Of a stretch of DNA of 64,000 nt, positions 13,466-25,855 are shown piece by piece (position 1 is the stretch's first letter; each line of letters opens with the position of its first letter). The notes beneath the pieces were generated by a model. The model was not told the DNA's origin. It was given only the letters and a program-made list of their open reading frames with translations, and searched no databases. Position numbers and translations under genes: made by a program. This DNA comes from Marsupella aquatica (Eukaryota > Plantae > Marchantiophyta). The stretch is from the NCBI GenBank assembly GCA_973895155.1, contig OZ316892.1, positions 5,612,476 to 5,676,475 of the forward strand. Direction: 5' to 3'.

Positions 13466-13542
13466 CAGCAACAGTACTCGGAACGAGTTAAATCGTGAAG
13501 AGCTAATCCAGCAACAGAACTCGGAACGAGCTAATTGTGAAG
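13466..13542. repeat. 43-bp period tandem duplication
   Basis: cagcaacag(t/a)actcggaacgag(t/c)taa...gtgaag at 13466 and 13509. Confidence 0.85.
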
Positions 13543-14083
13543 GTTGGTTCTGCGAGTAAATCTTCAAGAGCTCATCCTGCATTTGAACGGGCTAATCATT
13601 AGCACGAGACAAGCCATAAAGTCTATGTGGGCTGTCTTGCAAAAATAATAATTGAGGACTATCAGGCAGAAACATGAAACTTTGGCAGTAATGCGTTTGT
13701 GTAAAATGAAATGAAGTCTTTGCAGAAAGGTCGCTACACTCCTGGAAATGGAAATTTCAGTACAGGGCAGCCGAATTTAGAAGAGACCAAATACAATCAA
13801 TTCCAACTTGCTGGATCTACCGAACATGCCACTTGTAACTCAAACCTCCTCTTTCACAGTAGTCAGTCGAAGCTGTAGATGGACGAGAATTGGTTTCATT
13901 CACTCAGTGATGCAAGTGAAGCTACCGAGGAACGCAGAGCTTCAAATCACTTTATGCTCAGCATAATTTCAGACTCAGAAGAAGGTCGTCCGAGAATTCC
14001 GAGCTCTCTGTGTCCGATTCGTCAGGCAAGGAAAAAGAACAATCACTCGAGCAGGCAAGGAGAACACATTGTGATATGCATAC

Positions 14084-14252
14084 TTGCTCAAAGGCCTGGA
14101 ATCGAGCAAGGAAGCTCCCGAATTGTTCGATCGAGTGTTGCCAGAAAGAAGGTCAAACTTGCACTGTCCATATTTGCTCAAAGGCCTGGAATCGAGCAAG
14201 GAAGCTCCCGAATTGTTTTATCAAGTGTAGCCAGAAAGAAGGTCAAACTTGC
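14084..14252. repeat. 90-bp period tandem duplication downstream of psbO
   Basis: ttgctcaaaggcctggaatcgagcaaggaagctcccgaattgtt...gccagaaagaaggtcaaacttgc at 14084 and 14174. Confidence 0.9.
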
Positions 14253-14931
14253 TCTTCAAATTTTAGTTGCTGCCTTATCAGCCCGCATACTGTCTGTTTT
14301 CTGATTTCTTACTTTCTGAGGAATGGGGCTACAGATTGACAGCATACAGCCCATCTGTAGAGGACCTCGGCCGTCCCATTACGTAACGATACTAAGAAAT
14401 CCGAATTGAAGGATCCGGTGCATGATGTAGCCAATGATCAACCCATGACAATTACAAAGGAAAATATTGGTTGGCATCCGATTGGCCTGGCAATGCATTT
14501 CAATGAGTACGAGAGCACATCGTGTTGCGGTAGTCAAACACATGAACATAAGACATTCGTTGCGAAGTTGTAGGCCAGAGACATCGGTACCTTGCCAAAT
14601 TAGTTCCATGAACAGAAGTAGTCCTCCCATAACCATCTTCAAATGACTTGCTAACATTCTCACAGAACAATTCAACATTTTAGGACCTAGAGAGAATTAG
14701 AGTACAACTTCAATCGATGAACTCGGTTGGATACGATGTGCGTGCGACAAAGCCCTGAGCGAAAAGCTTCAGCTTTAGGTACACTCTGTAATGAGAGATT
14801 TCCTTTGTACACAATTACAAAATACAAGTCCACACGCCGCTGGTTGATTGAAGGTGATGAAGATTCGACAAATGACAAGGCAACTGAAGCAACTTCCTAA
14901 GATAAGACGAGACGATAGAAGACAGCTTCGC

Positions 14932-16190
14932 TTATTCGATCTGCGCGTACCAGATGCCCTGGATTTTGACATCCTTGGGAGCCTTGGAACCTAAATCTGT
15001 ATCAGAGGGTTGGATGCTCTCGAACACTCCGGCAATTTCTCCAGTCTCGATGTCGCTCTTCGCGAGCTTGAAGGTAATGTTACCCTTCAGAGCGGCGGTA
15101 TTCTTCTCGTTTTCCTTGGACAGCTCTTCCTCATCACCACGTCCTCCGGCGGGGAGGGCGACAGCGTTATCGTACCCAGTGGATCCACCCCGTCCCTTGG
15201 GGTCCAAGAAAGAAGAGCCTCGGTATGAAGGCACTAAGTAAGTTCCACTGAAGCTGTCTGCCTTGCCTTCAGCTACTAACTCCTTAATGGTGAACAGAAA
15301 CGGAACCCTCTCGCCTCCGGGGAGCTGCACTGTGACAGCTGCGTAGTCAATTCCGTCCTTCTCTGTGAACTTGACCGATCCGTCGCCGCCGACCTTAAAA
15401 TCTCCCTCGATGGCGTCCAGGGTGTACGTCAATCGGGTCATCAGCTTGGTCTTCTGGAATTCGTCACCGGCACCCTTGAAAAGCCCCTCGGACTTCACGG
15501 TGAAGGACGTCGGCTCCAGGCAGAGGTTCTTCAGCTGATAGTTTCCAGGTTTGAACTTGCTCAAACCGCCCTCGCCACTCTTGATAATTGGGCACTGATT
15601 GGCAGTTCCACTTCCCTTCACCTCCGAGTAGGTCTGTGCCTGAATCTCGTCGTAGCTCAAACGCTTTGGCACGCCCTCGGCATTGGCACCCTGTATTTAT
15701 TTTGCACCGCACCACACCACACCACAGCAGAACCACCAGAACAATGCAATGCCCTCAGTGATGATCTCTCAGAGAAAAGAAGGAAACACAAGAGACATGT
15801 ACAACGGCGTTGCAAAACAAATTTACACTAAAACAAGGCGATGTGAAGATAGAAGTGCACAACAGAAGACGCCGCATTGATGATCATGAGAGCTGAGAAG
15901 AAACTGGAAGGAGGAGGGTAAACGAGAAGCAAAGATCCGAAACTTACAGAAACAGCCAAAGCGGAGGCGGCGAGGGCGACAGTGGCCATCTTTCCAGCAT
16001 CAGCACACTTCTTCACGAAGGACTTGACATCCTCCTCGATGGAGCAGGAAACGCGAGCGCTGTTCCCGGCCCGAACGCCAAAGGCCTTGGAGACCGACAC
16101 TCGCTGAGAGAAACTGGCAGACGAGAGGGAGCTCGAGGCCGACAGTCCTGTGACCTTGCAGCAGGCCGACGAGGCAACAGAGGCCGCCAT
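14932..16190 (-). CDS. psbO: Oxygen-evolving enhancer protein 1 (33 kDa extrinsic PSII protein) precursor, 333 aa
   Basis: Exon 1 16190-15948 (MAASVASS...ALAVS), GTAAGT..ACAG phase-0 intron 15947-15691, exon 2 15690-14932. Bipartite transit peptide with ANA|EG thylakoid cleavage site. Conserved motifs [64 protein letters not shown] and [20 protein letters not shown]. Confidence 0.99.
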
Positions 16191-16372
16191 AGCTATCGTC
16201 TATATGGTCCCGTCGATCAAGCTCCAAATTTTCTCCTTCGTCTCTCGATCAATTCCTCCTCGGAAAATTGCTTTCCTCCAGCAAAGTGAATGCGGAATGG
16301 GACGATCGCTCTGCCTCTTCTGTCCTCAGAAATGGCGTGGGCAGGGGCGAGATTCGGGAATGGGGCGAGGTC

Positions 16373-16436
16373 CAATACGGGAACAGAATGGGAGGTCGAG
16401 GCGGATGAGAGTGTGGATAAGGGGGTTTTGACGTGA
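16373..16436. promoter_or_regulatory. Candidate light-responsive promoter module upstream of psbO
   Basis: CCAAT at 16373, I-box core GATAAG at 16416-16421 and ACGT core TGACGTG at 16429-16435, ~180-250 bp upstream of the psbO ATG. The motifs are short and function is inferred. Confidence 0.45.
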
Positions 16437-19400
16437 GGAAGGGAAGAGGTGCCATGGTGATTTATTCCACTAAGATCAAATCTCAACCATAGATTTCTCA
16501 AAAATGTATTTATTTCACTTTCTAGGGGGTCACTTTTGGATTGGGAAATCCTACATGTGATTTAGTGGGCCCCATGAAAATCCTTCTTGTTCTTTCGAAG
16601 AATGGAAGCCCCAACAACCAGAGGGAGAGATTAAACAAGACTAGTCCTTGGAAAGTCATGTATGCCTTTGCACTGTCACTGGCCCAAGTCCCTCTCCAGC
16701 CCCTTCAAATCAAATTAGTTCGTGGACCCATCATGCGCACTAGAGATTCTGCCTAAAGCCGCGCTGCACAAGGCAATGCGTTGTGAGGTGCTGCAGTACA
16801 CGCAATCTCCTCTCGTCAGTGTTTGTGTGCTCGTTCCCACTCCACTCCTGCCCTGTTTCAAGCAAGTAATGACCAAGTTTGAGCTTCTTCTGGTGGGGCA
16901 AAGCGACCGGCTGTCCCTTCCCCTAGCAAATTCTCGTCAGTGAATGGCAGTGTTACAGCATCAAATGAAGCTGAAAGTTTTGAAGCAAACATGAATTTTG
17001 CAACCGTTGAGGCACTCAAGGAAAGAGCATACGTCAAGAGCACTTCAGAGTTTTCCCCACTGGCTGAATCGACAATCACAGATGGTCAAACTTCCATTGC
17101 CTTAACGAGTGTTGTGGATACCAATTCCATGATTGATACAAGCAATGAAGACCACTCTCCAGAAATGCCGTTGAATGTTCTTAGCAAGGTATGCAACCTG
17201 ATGAAACGAGAACTACTAAGAGATTGTGAAGCTAAGTCGTCAACTGCATCTGCAGCTTTGGAGAATAAATCAGACCGTGACGATTCAGTAGGAATTGTTT
17301 TCATGGAGCAATTCTGATTCACATTTCCAAGACCGTCATCTTTGCAAAGAGGTGCAAACTGGGAGCACCAGGAGTTACTCTCTATCCATTCCCGGATCAA
17401 AAGTCAGGCATACGATTCAATCCTACCAACGAGCTGAATTAATTCGTTCTTCCCAAATGTTTAGTAAGTTATGCAAAAACAATGCTTTCCAACACAAACG
17501 CCACATTCAAGTTCAGAAGGAAACTTACGACACAACAATAACTTGCTTGACGACAGCTCAGGGTGGTGGTGATGGGGAGCCATTCTGCAGTATCCCATGA
17601 CAGACTCGTAGTCTGACCTTTGTTCTCAATAAAAATCGGAGGTTTGAAAAATTTTGAGTTGATACAATGACATTGTGTTTATTGTCAGCGCCCTAGAATG
17701 TAATGGGCCACAAGATTTAATTACTTACTTATTATTATTGGTTGGGGAATTGAACCAGAAAGAGGGTGGGCAGTCGGTTATTCGGGGTAAAAAAAAAAGT
17801 TACGAGTCTACTACTAATTCAATATTCTGTTACCTAGGGTAAATAAAACAGTTACTTTTCAAACAGTTTTACATCAAGGTTTATGGCATGACGTCCTCAA
17901 TTTTAACAAAATCATGCCACAGACATGAATGTTGAAGCAATTTTATTTTGTAAACCAATCCGTACCTGTTTGCAGCGCGTCTCGATGACGTGGCGCGCTG
18001 TGGAGTCTCAAATTTTGGAAGGGACCTCTAGTGGGGTCCATAAAGATTATAATTTTTCATCTAAGTGTCAAAATTTTTGTCCAAACCTCATTTTTGGGTG
18101 CGGTTTGTGTAAAGTGCTCGGTGTCTATAGCAGTTTAGAATTCACTTATACGAGTAGGGTGTTTAGCATTTAATGGTGTTCTGTACCCTTTGGATTTTAG
18201 TGAATATTGCTGGAATAAAAACACTTTAAGTGTCACTAGAGGCGTCTCAACCCCATTTTGGGGGGATTATGTGTGTTACCTTTGCTTGAAACAAAAACAT
18301 TAAGTGTCACTAGAGGCTTCTAAACCCCACTTTTGGAGGGATGTGTGTTCAAAAATGCATGATGGAGGCGAGTATCAAACTGGGCACCTGTGTCACCCCA
18401 CTCTTGCGCTCTACCGTAGCCCACGGGCTGCAGGACATTGGTCAATATTTCTTAGGTATTTATTTTCATTTTGCATGCATCAGACCTGTAACTCCCGGCT
18501 ACCTGCAGCCATTGACTAATGGAGCAAGTGCAAGAGACAACATTTAATGTGACTCCCGTGATTTATAGAAGGAAGTGGTTTAGAACAATGCATTTCCACC
18601 CCCATGCAAATGGTCCACAACACCCGTGCAAGTCCATCTGCTGCCTGTGAAAATCATAATTGCAATTTTTCATCTAAGTGTCAAAAGCTTTGCCTGAACC
18701 CCACTTTCGGGGAGGTTAGTGTAAAATGCTTTGCACCTAAAGGGGCTTTTGAATCCCACACCTCTGCCTAGCCACACAAATGGTCTACCACAACACCCAT
18801 GGCCTTGCTGGACAAAAGTAGAGGACCCATTCATGGTACATCTATTCTCATATTATTGCACACAGTTTGGGCAGCAATTGGTGGGCAATGGGCAAGGACA
18901 ACCATAAATGACTTTCCAGGGATCTGTCCCCCCAAATAGGGAGAGGAAGGGTTGAAACCAGTTTACTAGCCATTAAATCTCATGCGAGAGGGCCACACTT
19001 GTCATTTCTTCAATTTACTAGCTGCCCTCAAACTGATCTAAATGTGTAACCCATCCTACAAACTGTTTAATTCTCTCAGTCACCCCCATTTTGTATTGGG
19101 TTTGACTAAACTCTGCCTCCATGATTGGTTTGGTGCCATGTGGCAAAGTGTAATTGGTCCTGCCAATCCCAGTCAAAATCACAGCAGCAGTCCACAGTAG
19201 GCCAGTCCCTGAGTACTTGCACTCACAGATGAACTCATGGAGCTTCATCCCTGCCCCTCCTGCACTCACAGACCTCCCCCAAGATGAAGTTCTAGCCAGC
19301 CAAGCCAATGAAGCCCGCCCCTCTGGTCAGGTCCTTGATGTAGCAACATTTGGTAGTCTTTATTGGGAGGAAACTGGAGGGTGAGATGAATAGTCAGGGT

Positions 19401-20270
19401 CAACTGTCAGGCAAGGAAGCACCTCACAACTCAAGCTACTACTGCTTGCTTTTGCAATGGGGAACCATAGCATGCTTATGGGTAGGTAAGTGGGATCATG
19501 AGTTCAAACTTCTGACGCAGCAGCTGTTTATGAGCAGTACTCACCGAAAGTTCACCAAAGCCCCTTTGCACGACAAGCACTTGAACTTGTGACAGATTTA
19601 TAAGTGCTTCCCTCAATTACAAATGGTGTGTGAATGCAATGGGAGTGTATTTCAGGCTTATGCTGTGGAAAATAACTTGCAAACAAACTTGTCGGGTTGA
19701 GTTTTTGGTGTAATTGGGGTGCCCTTGCAACATTATTATTCAAAATTATTTCAAGCCAATTCTCAAATTTAAAGCTTTGTTTCTTTTAAAGGGTTTGCCC
19801 CTGAATAGTATCGTAGGGCTTTGTCTTTCAATCCTTAGATATTGGGTCTCTCTGGTCTGTGAAACTTAAGCTTGGACAAACTGAGTGATTGTCTAAGAAG
19901 CTCGGAAGGACTTTCTGAGAACATTGGAATAGACTCAGATAGCACCTCTTGCATTTTGAAACAAATGTGACCTGTAAACAGTGTGTGGTGTGTTTCAATT
20001 AATTTAACCGGTGTTCTATAAAACAGTTGCAAGTGCTCAAAATGGACCTTTTTGCCTTCTCTCAATCTCTTGAGAACTGAGTTCAGTGTCGCTGCTGTGC
20101 AGCACTTGGGGCGTCCTTTTCTACCAAACAACATCCTCAGTAAGGCGTGCAGGAGCAAAACAGTTATAAAGAAGTGTCCTCCGTTGTGCCGGCCCAAACT
20201 ACTAAGGGCATCCGTCACAAAAGTGGAAGTCCTTCACAAAAGTGATAATTTGCTGCTCAGATAGAAACTA

Positions 20271-20663
20271 CACTGTTCATCGTAATTAGTGTTATGCAAG
20301 AATTAATGTTAGTACAAAATTAGTGTTACACTAAAACTAATTTTAGTAAAAATGATTTTTTGAGTCCAAGTAACACTAATTTTTTGTCAGTTTTCAAAAT
20401 ATATATTTTTCACTTTAGTTTAAATTGCTTGTAAAAAATGGATAGTATTTAGTATTTAGTCTAAAGTAACACTAATTGTTGTGTATTTTTTAAAATAGTT
20501 TTTTCTCTTTATTTTGCCACTCTTAAGACCATAGTAACACTAATCCATGTGTGCGAAAATAGAGTTAGCACAAAATTAGTGTGACTAGCACTAATTCGCG
20601 AGTAGACCCTGAAAATGGGTGCTCCCGAATTAGTGTTAGTCACACTAATTATGGTGAACAGTG
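20271..20663. mobile_element. 393-bp MITE with TA target-site duplication (Tc1/mariner-type)
   Basis: TIR CACTGTTCATCGTAATTAGTGT versus reverse complement of the right end CACTGTTCACCATAATTAGTGT; TA on both flanks (20269-70, 20664-65); about nine internal copies of (TA)ACACTAAT/ATTAGTGT. Confidence 0.85.
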
Positions 20664-21185
20664 TACTGAACGCACTCTTTGCAAAAGTGAAATGCCCTTC
20701 TCAGAATTTCATAAACGCAGCTGGTCCCAATTTCTTTTTTCTTTAAATTTCTTTTTTGCTTGTAGATCTTGATTGCTATCAAAAGTGTAGATTGAGGCAA
20801 CCTCCAGAAATCAAGATCTACAAGCAATTGGCAAAAGCTTGGTCACCTTTTCCTTTTTAATAACAGTAACTAACTGAGCCCATCAACTCCTATGACAAGT
20901 TTACTTCAAGTCTTCTAATCCAGTGAAACTGAACAGATTAGGTGTGAAAGGATAAAACAACCCTTTAGCAATGTTTTGACAGACTTCCATTGTTAGCATC
21001 TCCAGTTAGAAATCTTGAAAAAATTGGTAACAGGGTACATCCAAGGACCAAATTTTACTTGAGGTTGTTTCAATTCAGCAGGAACCTACCACTTAACTCC
21101 TACAAGTATAAAACAATCCACATCCCTTAAGCATTCATTATCAATCTTCTCTCATTCAGATATCCTCAACCTTCCAGTTCCATTC

Positions 21186-22301
21186 TGTGACACCTGAATT
21201 TTTCGCAAAATCAATGGAAGATGGAAATAAGATACAAATTTCACAAATTAATTGCATTTTGGTACCCAAATGCCCAACTTTACCTTGCTGACAATACTTA
21301 TGAAGGACGCTTCTGAGAGGTGTCCCATGGAGACCAAACTTATGTATTTCGAAGACAGATTTTTGTTACCCATTTACCCTAGTTATTTAGTGATCTTTTT
21401 CTACCTTAGTTTAGTACTCAATTTTTATTATCTTTTTTCTAAGTTTTGAAAAGGCATGACTTTTCATTTCCCCTTTTTATGCTCCACTTAGACCTATAAG
21501 ATTATTGTTTTCCTCTTTTTGTTTTTCAGTGAAGCTTGTATTCAGTATTGCAAACTTTTGCAAGTTTCCCTCCTTCCTTTGTAATCATTGCTTTCGAGAA
21601 TGATTTATGAATGAAGTAAAACACTTCCTTTGTGATGTAATGAATTTATTTCAGAAGATTCCTGTTGGTGCCTGAGTTTTCATTACAGATTTCCAAGATC
21701 AGATGAATTCAAATTAGGATTGCTTGTGGGTCAAGAATCGCTAGGAATTTAATGATAAATGTGGATAAAAAGGAGCAAGATTCTGATTTCAGAATAGTTA
21801 GTACCGTTACCCTTACTTTGGCATACCCACTAGTGATAGATTGGAGTTGCGTATTGCCGAAGTTCTATCCATGTTGACGACATTTTAGTGAGTATCATTG
21901 TATCGGTCACCAGAAAGCTACTTTGGTGTTGGTGAGCATTTATCCTTTCTGTTTATATTTTCATGGTGATGGAGAAGAGCAATTGAGGCGAGATTTGTTG
22001 CAATCTTATTAACACGATAAGACCAGAATCCTTTTTGAAGGAGTGGCAGTGGAGATTCAATCCATTGGACCTTGGTTCTAAAAGCTTTTCCATAATCCAT
22101 GACTTGGGAATTAATCTTTTCTGTTCATTTTGTTAGTTTATCCATTTATTTTTCTTTTGTCTGAAGATTTGGTTGAGTGATACTCTTAAGTCTTCAAAAC
22201 AGTTACAATCATTCAATCCATTCCTTTTCTGTTCTTAAAGGGATCGAAACCTTGGTCTTTAAGTGAAAAGTGTCACTTTGGATTCTTCCGGCTATACCAC
22301 A
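21186..22301. mobile_element. Solo LTR, 1116 bp
   Basis: Starts TGTGA and ends CCACA; identical 5-bp TSD CATTC at 21181-85 and 22302-06; non-coding AT-rich interior. Confidence 0.8.
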
Positions 22302-22442
22302 CATTCTAGGACTGAAATGTTGTTTTGAGCATTGTTTGTGTGCAGTTCTCTTTTGACCAAAGCAATGCAAGTAAGCAAAACCCAGGGGATTTTCTATAGG
22401 TGTGACTTTGGATATCTCAATGTGTTACTGGTAGAGGTAAGG

Positions 22443-22444
<2 letters not shown>

Positions 22445-22486
<42 letters not shown>
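22445..22486. repeat. (TC)21 microsatellite
   Basis: Direct reading. Confidence 0.95.
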
Positions 22487-22489
<3 letters not shown>

Positions 22490-23895
22490 ATTCTGAGATC
22501 ATATCTCCTTGGTGGCTGTGGTCAACTTTTTTGAATTTGACTCGCATAATTCCTTTTTAGAGTTATTAATTACCCTGGCACAGTTTATTTCTCTATAATC
22601 CGTAATGGGAGGGCTACGGCAGCCCCCAATTTGAGGTCAACATCATCTCTTAAAAGAGACTGCATTCCTGCATCATCCCACAAAACTTAAGCTGCTTATC
22701 CCATTTTTATCCTTATTCTCTTTACAGTTATGAATTTTCCCTATTCATCATTGGCTTTATAATTAGCAAAACAAGCAAGACCTGCACGACCCATGTGAGC
22801 CACAAGCTTAGCCAAAGCTGATAGCTCATCCTCTGAAATTTGATAAAACAGGGCCTTGTACTCTAGTTCTCATTGTGGGGGTTCTCCTCCTTCTCCTCCT
22901 CTTCCTTCGCCTCCTCTTCCTGTTATTTTTGACTGAACTAAGTGAATGCAAAGTGACGGGATCCTAGAACTTGGTGCTATATCACTAGGAAAGCACAGTA
23001 CAACCATATATACAAGGACTATGGAGAGGGACGGTGGAAAATATGGAGAACTTCATTCAGTCTTCATGTCACCTAACTGCTCTTTGGTCCCAGGCCTGGT
23101 ATTTCTCGTGTACGTCTCATGTTGGGGGAAGGCAGAAAAGATGGGGGAGACTTTCATTAAGTATTATTTTGACCAAATGGCTCTCTGGTCTCATACCTGG
23201 TATTCCTCTCGCGTAGTTCTCATGTTAAGGGCCCAGTGTAGCAGAGACAGATCGCGGAGCCTATGACCAGATAAGAGAAATAGGGCAAAGTGGTAAATAG
23301 ACCTGGACGGTAAAAATGCAAATTAAAGCTTAGTAATGGGAGATTGAGAAAGATCAGTTTGATGGTAGGGTTTTGATAGAAGTGTAGAACAAATTATCCC
23401 TTAACCAAACTAGACAATGTTCCGCCGACTGAGAAATGTCTGAAGAGAATGGTTTGAAAGTCCTGGTCCGACGCAAAACATCAGTTCAGTGTTGGAAAGT
23501 GTGAGTACAATTTGTTGTACATACTGGCCATCCCTTTCAATTCTAGTGTGCCAGCTCCGTTTCCGGCAATTTCAGAGTTCAATCCACATATTTCCAATTG
23601 TTTGCTGTATATCCCAGCGAATTGTGAATGTTGATACCTCCATACCGAGTATACATGGGCGCAAATCATCAAAAGCTTCGAACTATGAACCAGGATGAAT
23701 ATAATACCATCATGCTAGATCTACAAGCTCCACCTCTGACGTACAATTCATGTCATTACGGGGTCAACAACAGTGGATCGGGATGTCTCCTAAATAGGGA
23801 GAATAGGACCCAATGAAGGGCAAAAATTTGATGGCAATGATGAATATGAATGACTGTACAAGGCCTTGCAGGTTGATCAACGTCAATGTGATTGC

Positions 23896-25855
23896 TCAAA
23901 CTTTGACAGCAGATTTGTCGACAGGTTTGAGAAGGACAACGTCTACATTATCGTGAACACCTTGTAGGAGAAGTTCTCCGTCGAATTTGAGGAGTTTCCT
24001 TTTCTTCGCTGCCCGGAGTGTACCCACAAGTGCCTCAAACATATTTGCACACCTGTCATCATTGAAAAGAGTTCCAAACTTCACCTGCAAATGCAGTCCA
24101 AACAGGCCATTTGTTAGGTAATTGAATTCATCCAGATAACGAGAAAGGCGATATGCAAGCGTGGACGGGTTGAACTTGCCAAGCATTAGCTGGAAACCAT
24201 GTTCCACTGTTCTGTTCTGTTCTGTTCTGTTCTGTTCTGTTCTGTTCTGTTCTGTATCATGCAGTCAGGTGAGGCCAATCTTAATAGGGACACTAGAAAA
24301 ATGCATATCTACAATAACACGTCACATGAATTGCATAGCACTCGAATTAGCTCTCTGATGACCATATGTGATCTTTCAGCTGTTCTTATCTCTCCATATG
24401 CGCAATACACATGCCCACACAAGACGTGGAATCCCCAATTTCTGTCGCATGTCGTGTTCCTCAGAATCCTCACAGAGTAAACCACACACTCTAATCAAGT
24501 CCGTACGTGTAATGTCAATTCATACATGAAAACCTATGAGAGAGCACTTTGCTCTTTACTTTACAAGAAAGGACTGATCGTTGGTCTCCCTCCGCCTTCA
24601 AGCACTTCTATCCAGCGGCAGGTGACCTGTAATTTTGCGAGTTCTACTCTTCCGCAGAAAAACCTGATTTAAAGCATCGCAGGTACTTAAGTTGCCCAAT
24701 CTTACCCTACGTTAGACATTGAAAATTTCCTGACTGTGATCGACAATAGCAACCACATTTTGGGGGCAAATGATGATGATTCCACGGTCCTCTCTTTGAT
24801 TCAATGGCAAGTGCAGCCACAACTTCTCTCTTCATTTGCATCACCACACACTTCACTAGATATAAGTTCCGGTCACGGCAGTCGATGTCCGCACTCCAAC
24901 TTTCCACTTTTTTCTCCCAGTCCCTTCGATGCCATTGATACAACCTCAGTAAATAGCCACCAATTAGCTACGTCTGCCTTCTAGCATCATTCCTTCGACT
25001 GTAATATAAAAAGGCCTTACAGCTCACCAGGTGTACTCTGAAGTTCTCAAAGTAACACATACTAGATCCCTACCCTGTTTTCACCCAGGTCGAAGCCTGA
25101 GCTTTCTTCTGATTCCTGCTGCTCTGTCCGTGCCTCATGGGAATGGCCTGGACTTGAAAATATCCAACCGAAGCTCGTTGTTCAACCATTCAAATTCAAG
25201 ATCCCATCCAACCCATGCGGTCTTCGTTGCGTTGGGAGATCTTTCGATGACTGAAATGGCTTCATCTATTCGTATGCTATCCCAACTACCCTACCTGTTT
25301 GCCTCTATAAAGTTCCAGACAGTCACTACCACAACACACCTTCTTTAGAATTGTGTCACTCTAGTCTGGCCGTGAAAATCTATCTTCGGATAAGGAACTT
25401 GAATTCTCTAAATGCAAAAGCCTGCAGAATATCACATTCTTGGGTCTTCCACAATCGTCGTTGTCGCATTCCTGTCTATCAAGGCACCCTGTACAATTTG
25501 TGAGGCTAGGGCAGCTCCGTATGTGTGCAACATGAATATGGATAGATCCTACTCCGTCAATATGACTGCAGTGTCAGACGTATTCGTATAAAATTCCGTT
25601 CCCACATACGCTCTTTGCCCTTTTTCTTTGTCACTTGTCTCCAAGAACCCTTGAGAAACTCATCCATTAGCATGGATGCTAGTTTTCCCTTCACAATGCC
25701 AATGCTTCTTCGTTGGGGGACTCGGAAATGCCGCAAGCGATGAAAGATGGAGGGCAAAGGCTACTTACAGAGATTGACCCATCTTGTTGAACCTGTCCAA
25801 GCCGAATTATCTCCACCTTCAGCTTCTCGATCTCCTCATCCACATTCATCGTCAT
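23896..25855 (-). CDS. Costars-family (ABRACL-like) small protein, ~89-91 aa
   Basis: Exon 1 25855 (or 25849)-25769 MTMNVDEEIEKLKVEIIRLGQVQQDGSIS; GTAAGT..TGCAG phase-0 intron 25768-24085 (1684 nt); exon 2 24084-23896 VKFGTLFNDDRCANMFEALVGTLRAAKKRKLLKFDGELLLQGVHDNVDVVLL, the Costars domain signature. Confidence 0.95.
24207..24255. repeat. (CTGTT)~10 pentanucleotide microsatellite in the Costars intron
   Basis: Direct reading. Confidence 0.95.

Noticed and set aside
13879-14304. 141-aa ORF with a 30-aa repeat
   Set aside because: The repeat simply reflects a 90-bp DNA duplication, and there is no recognisable domain or gene structure.
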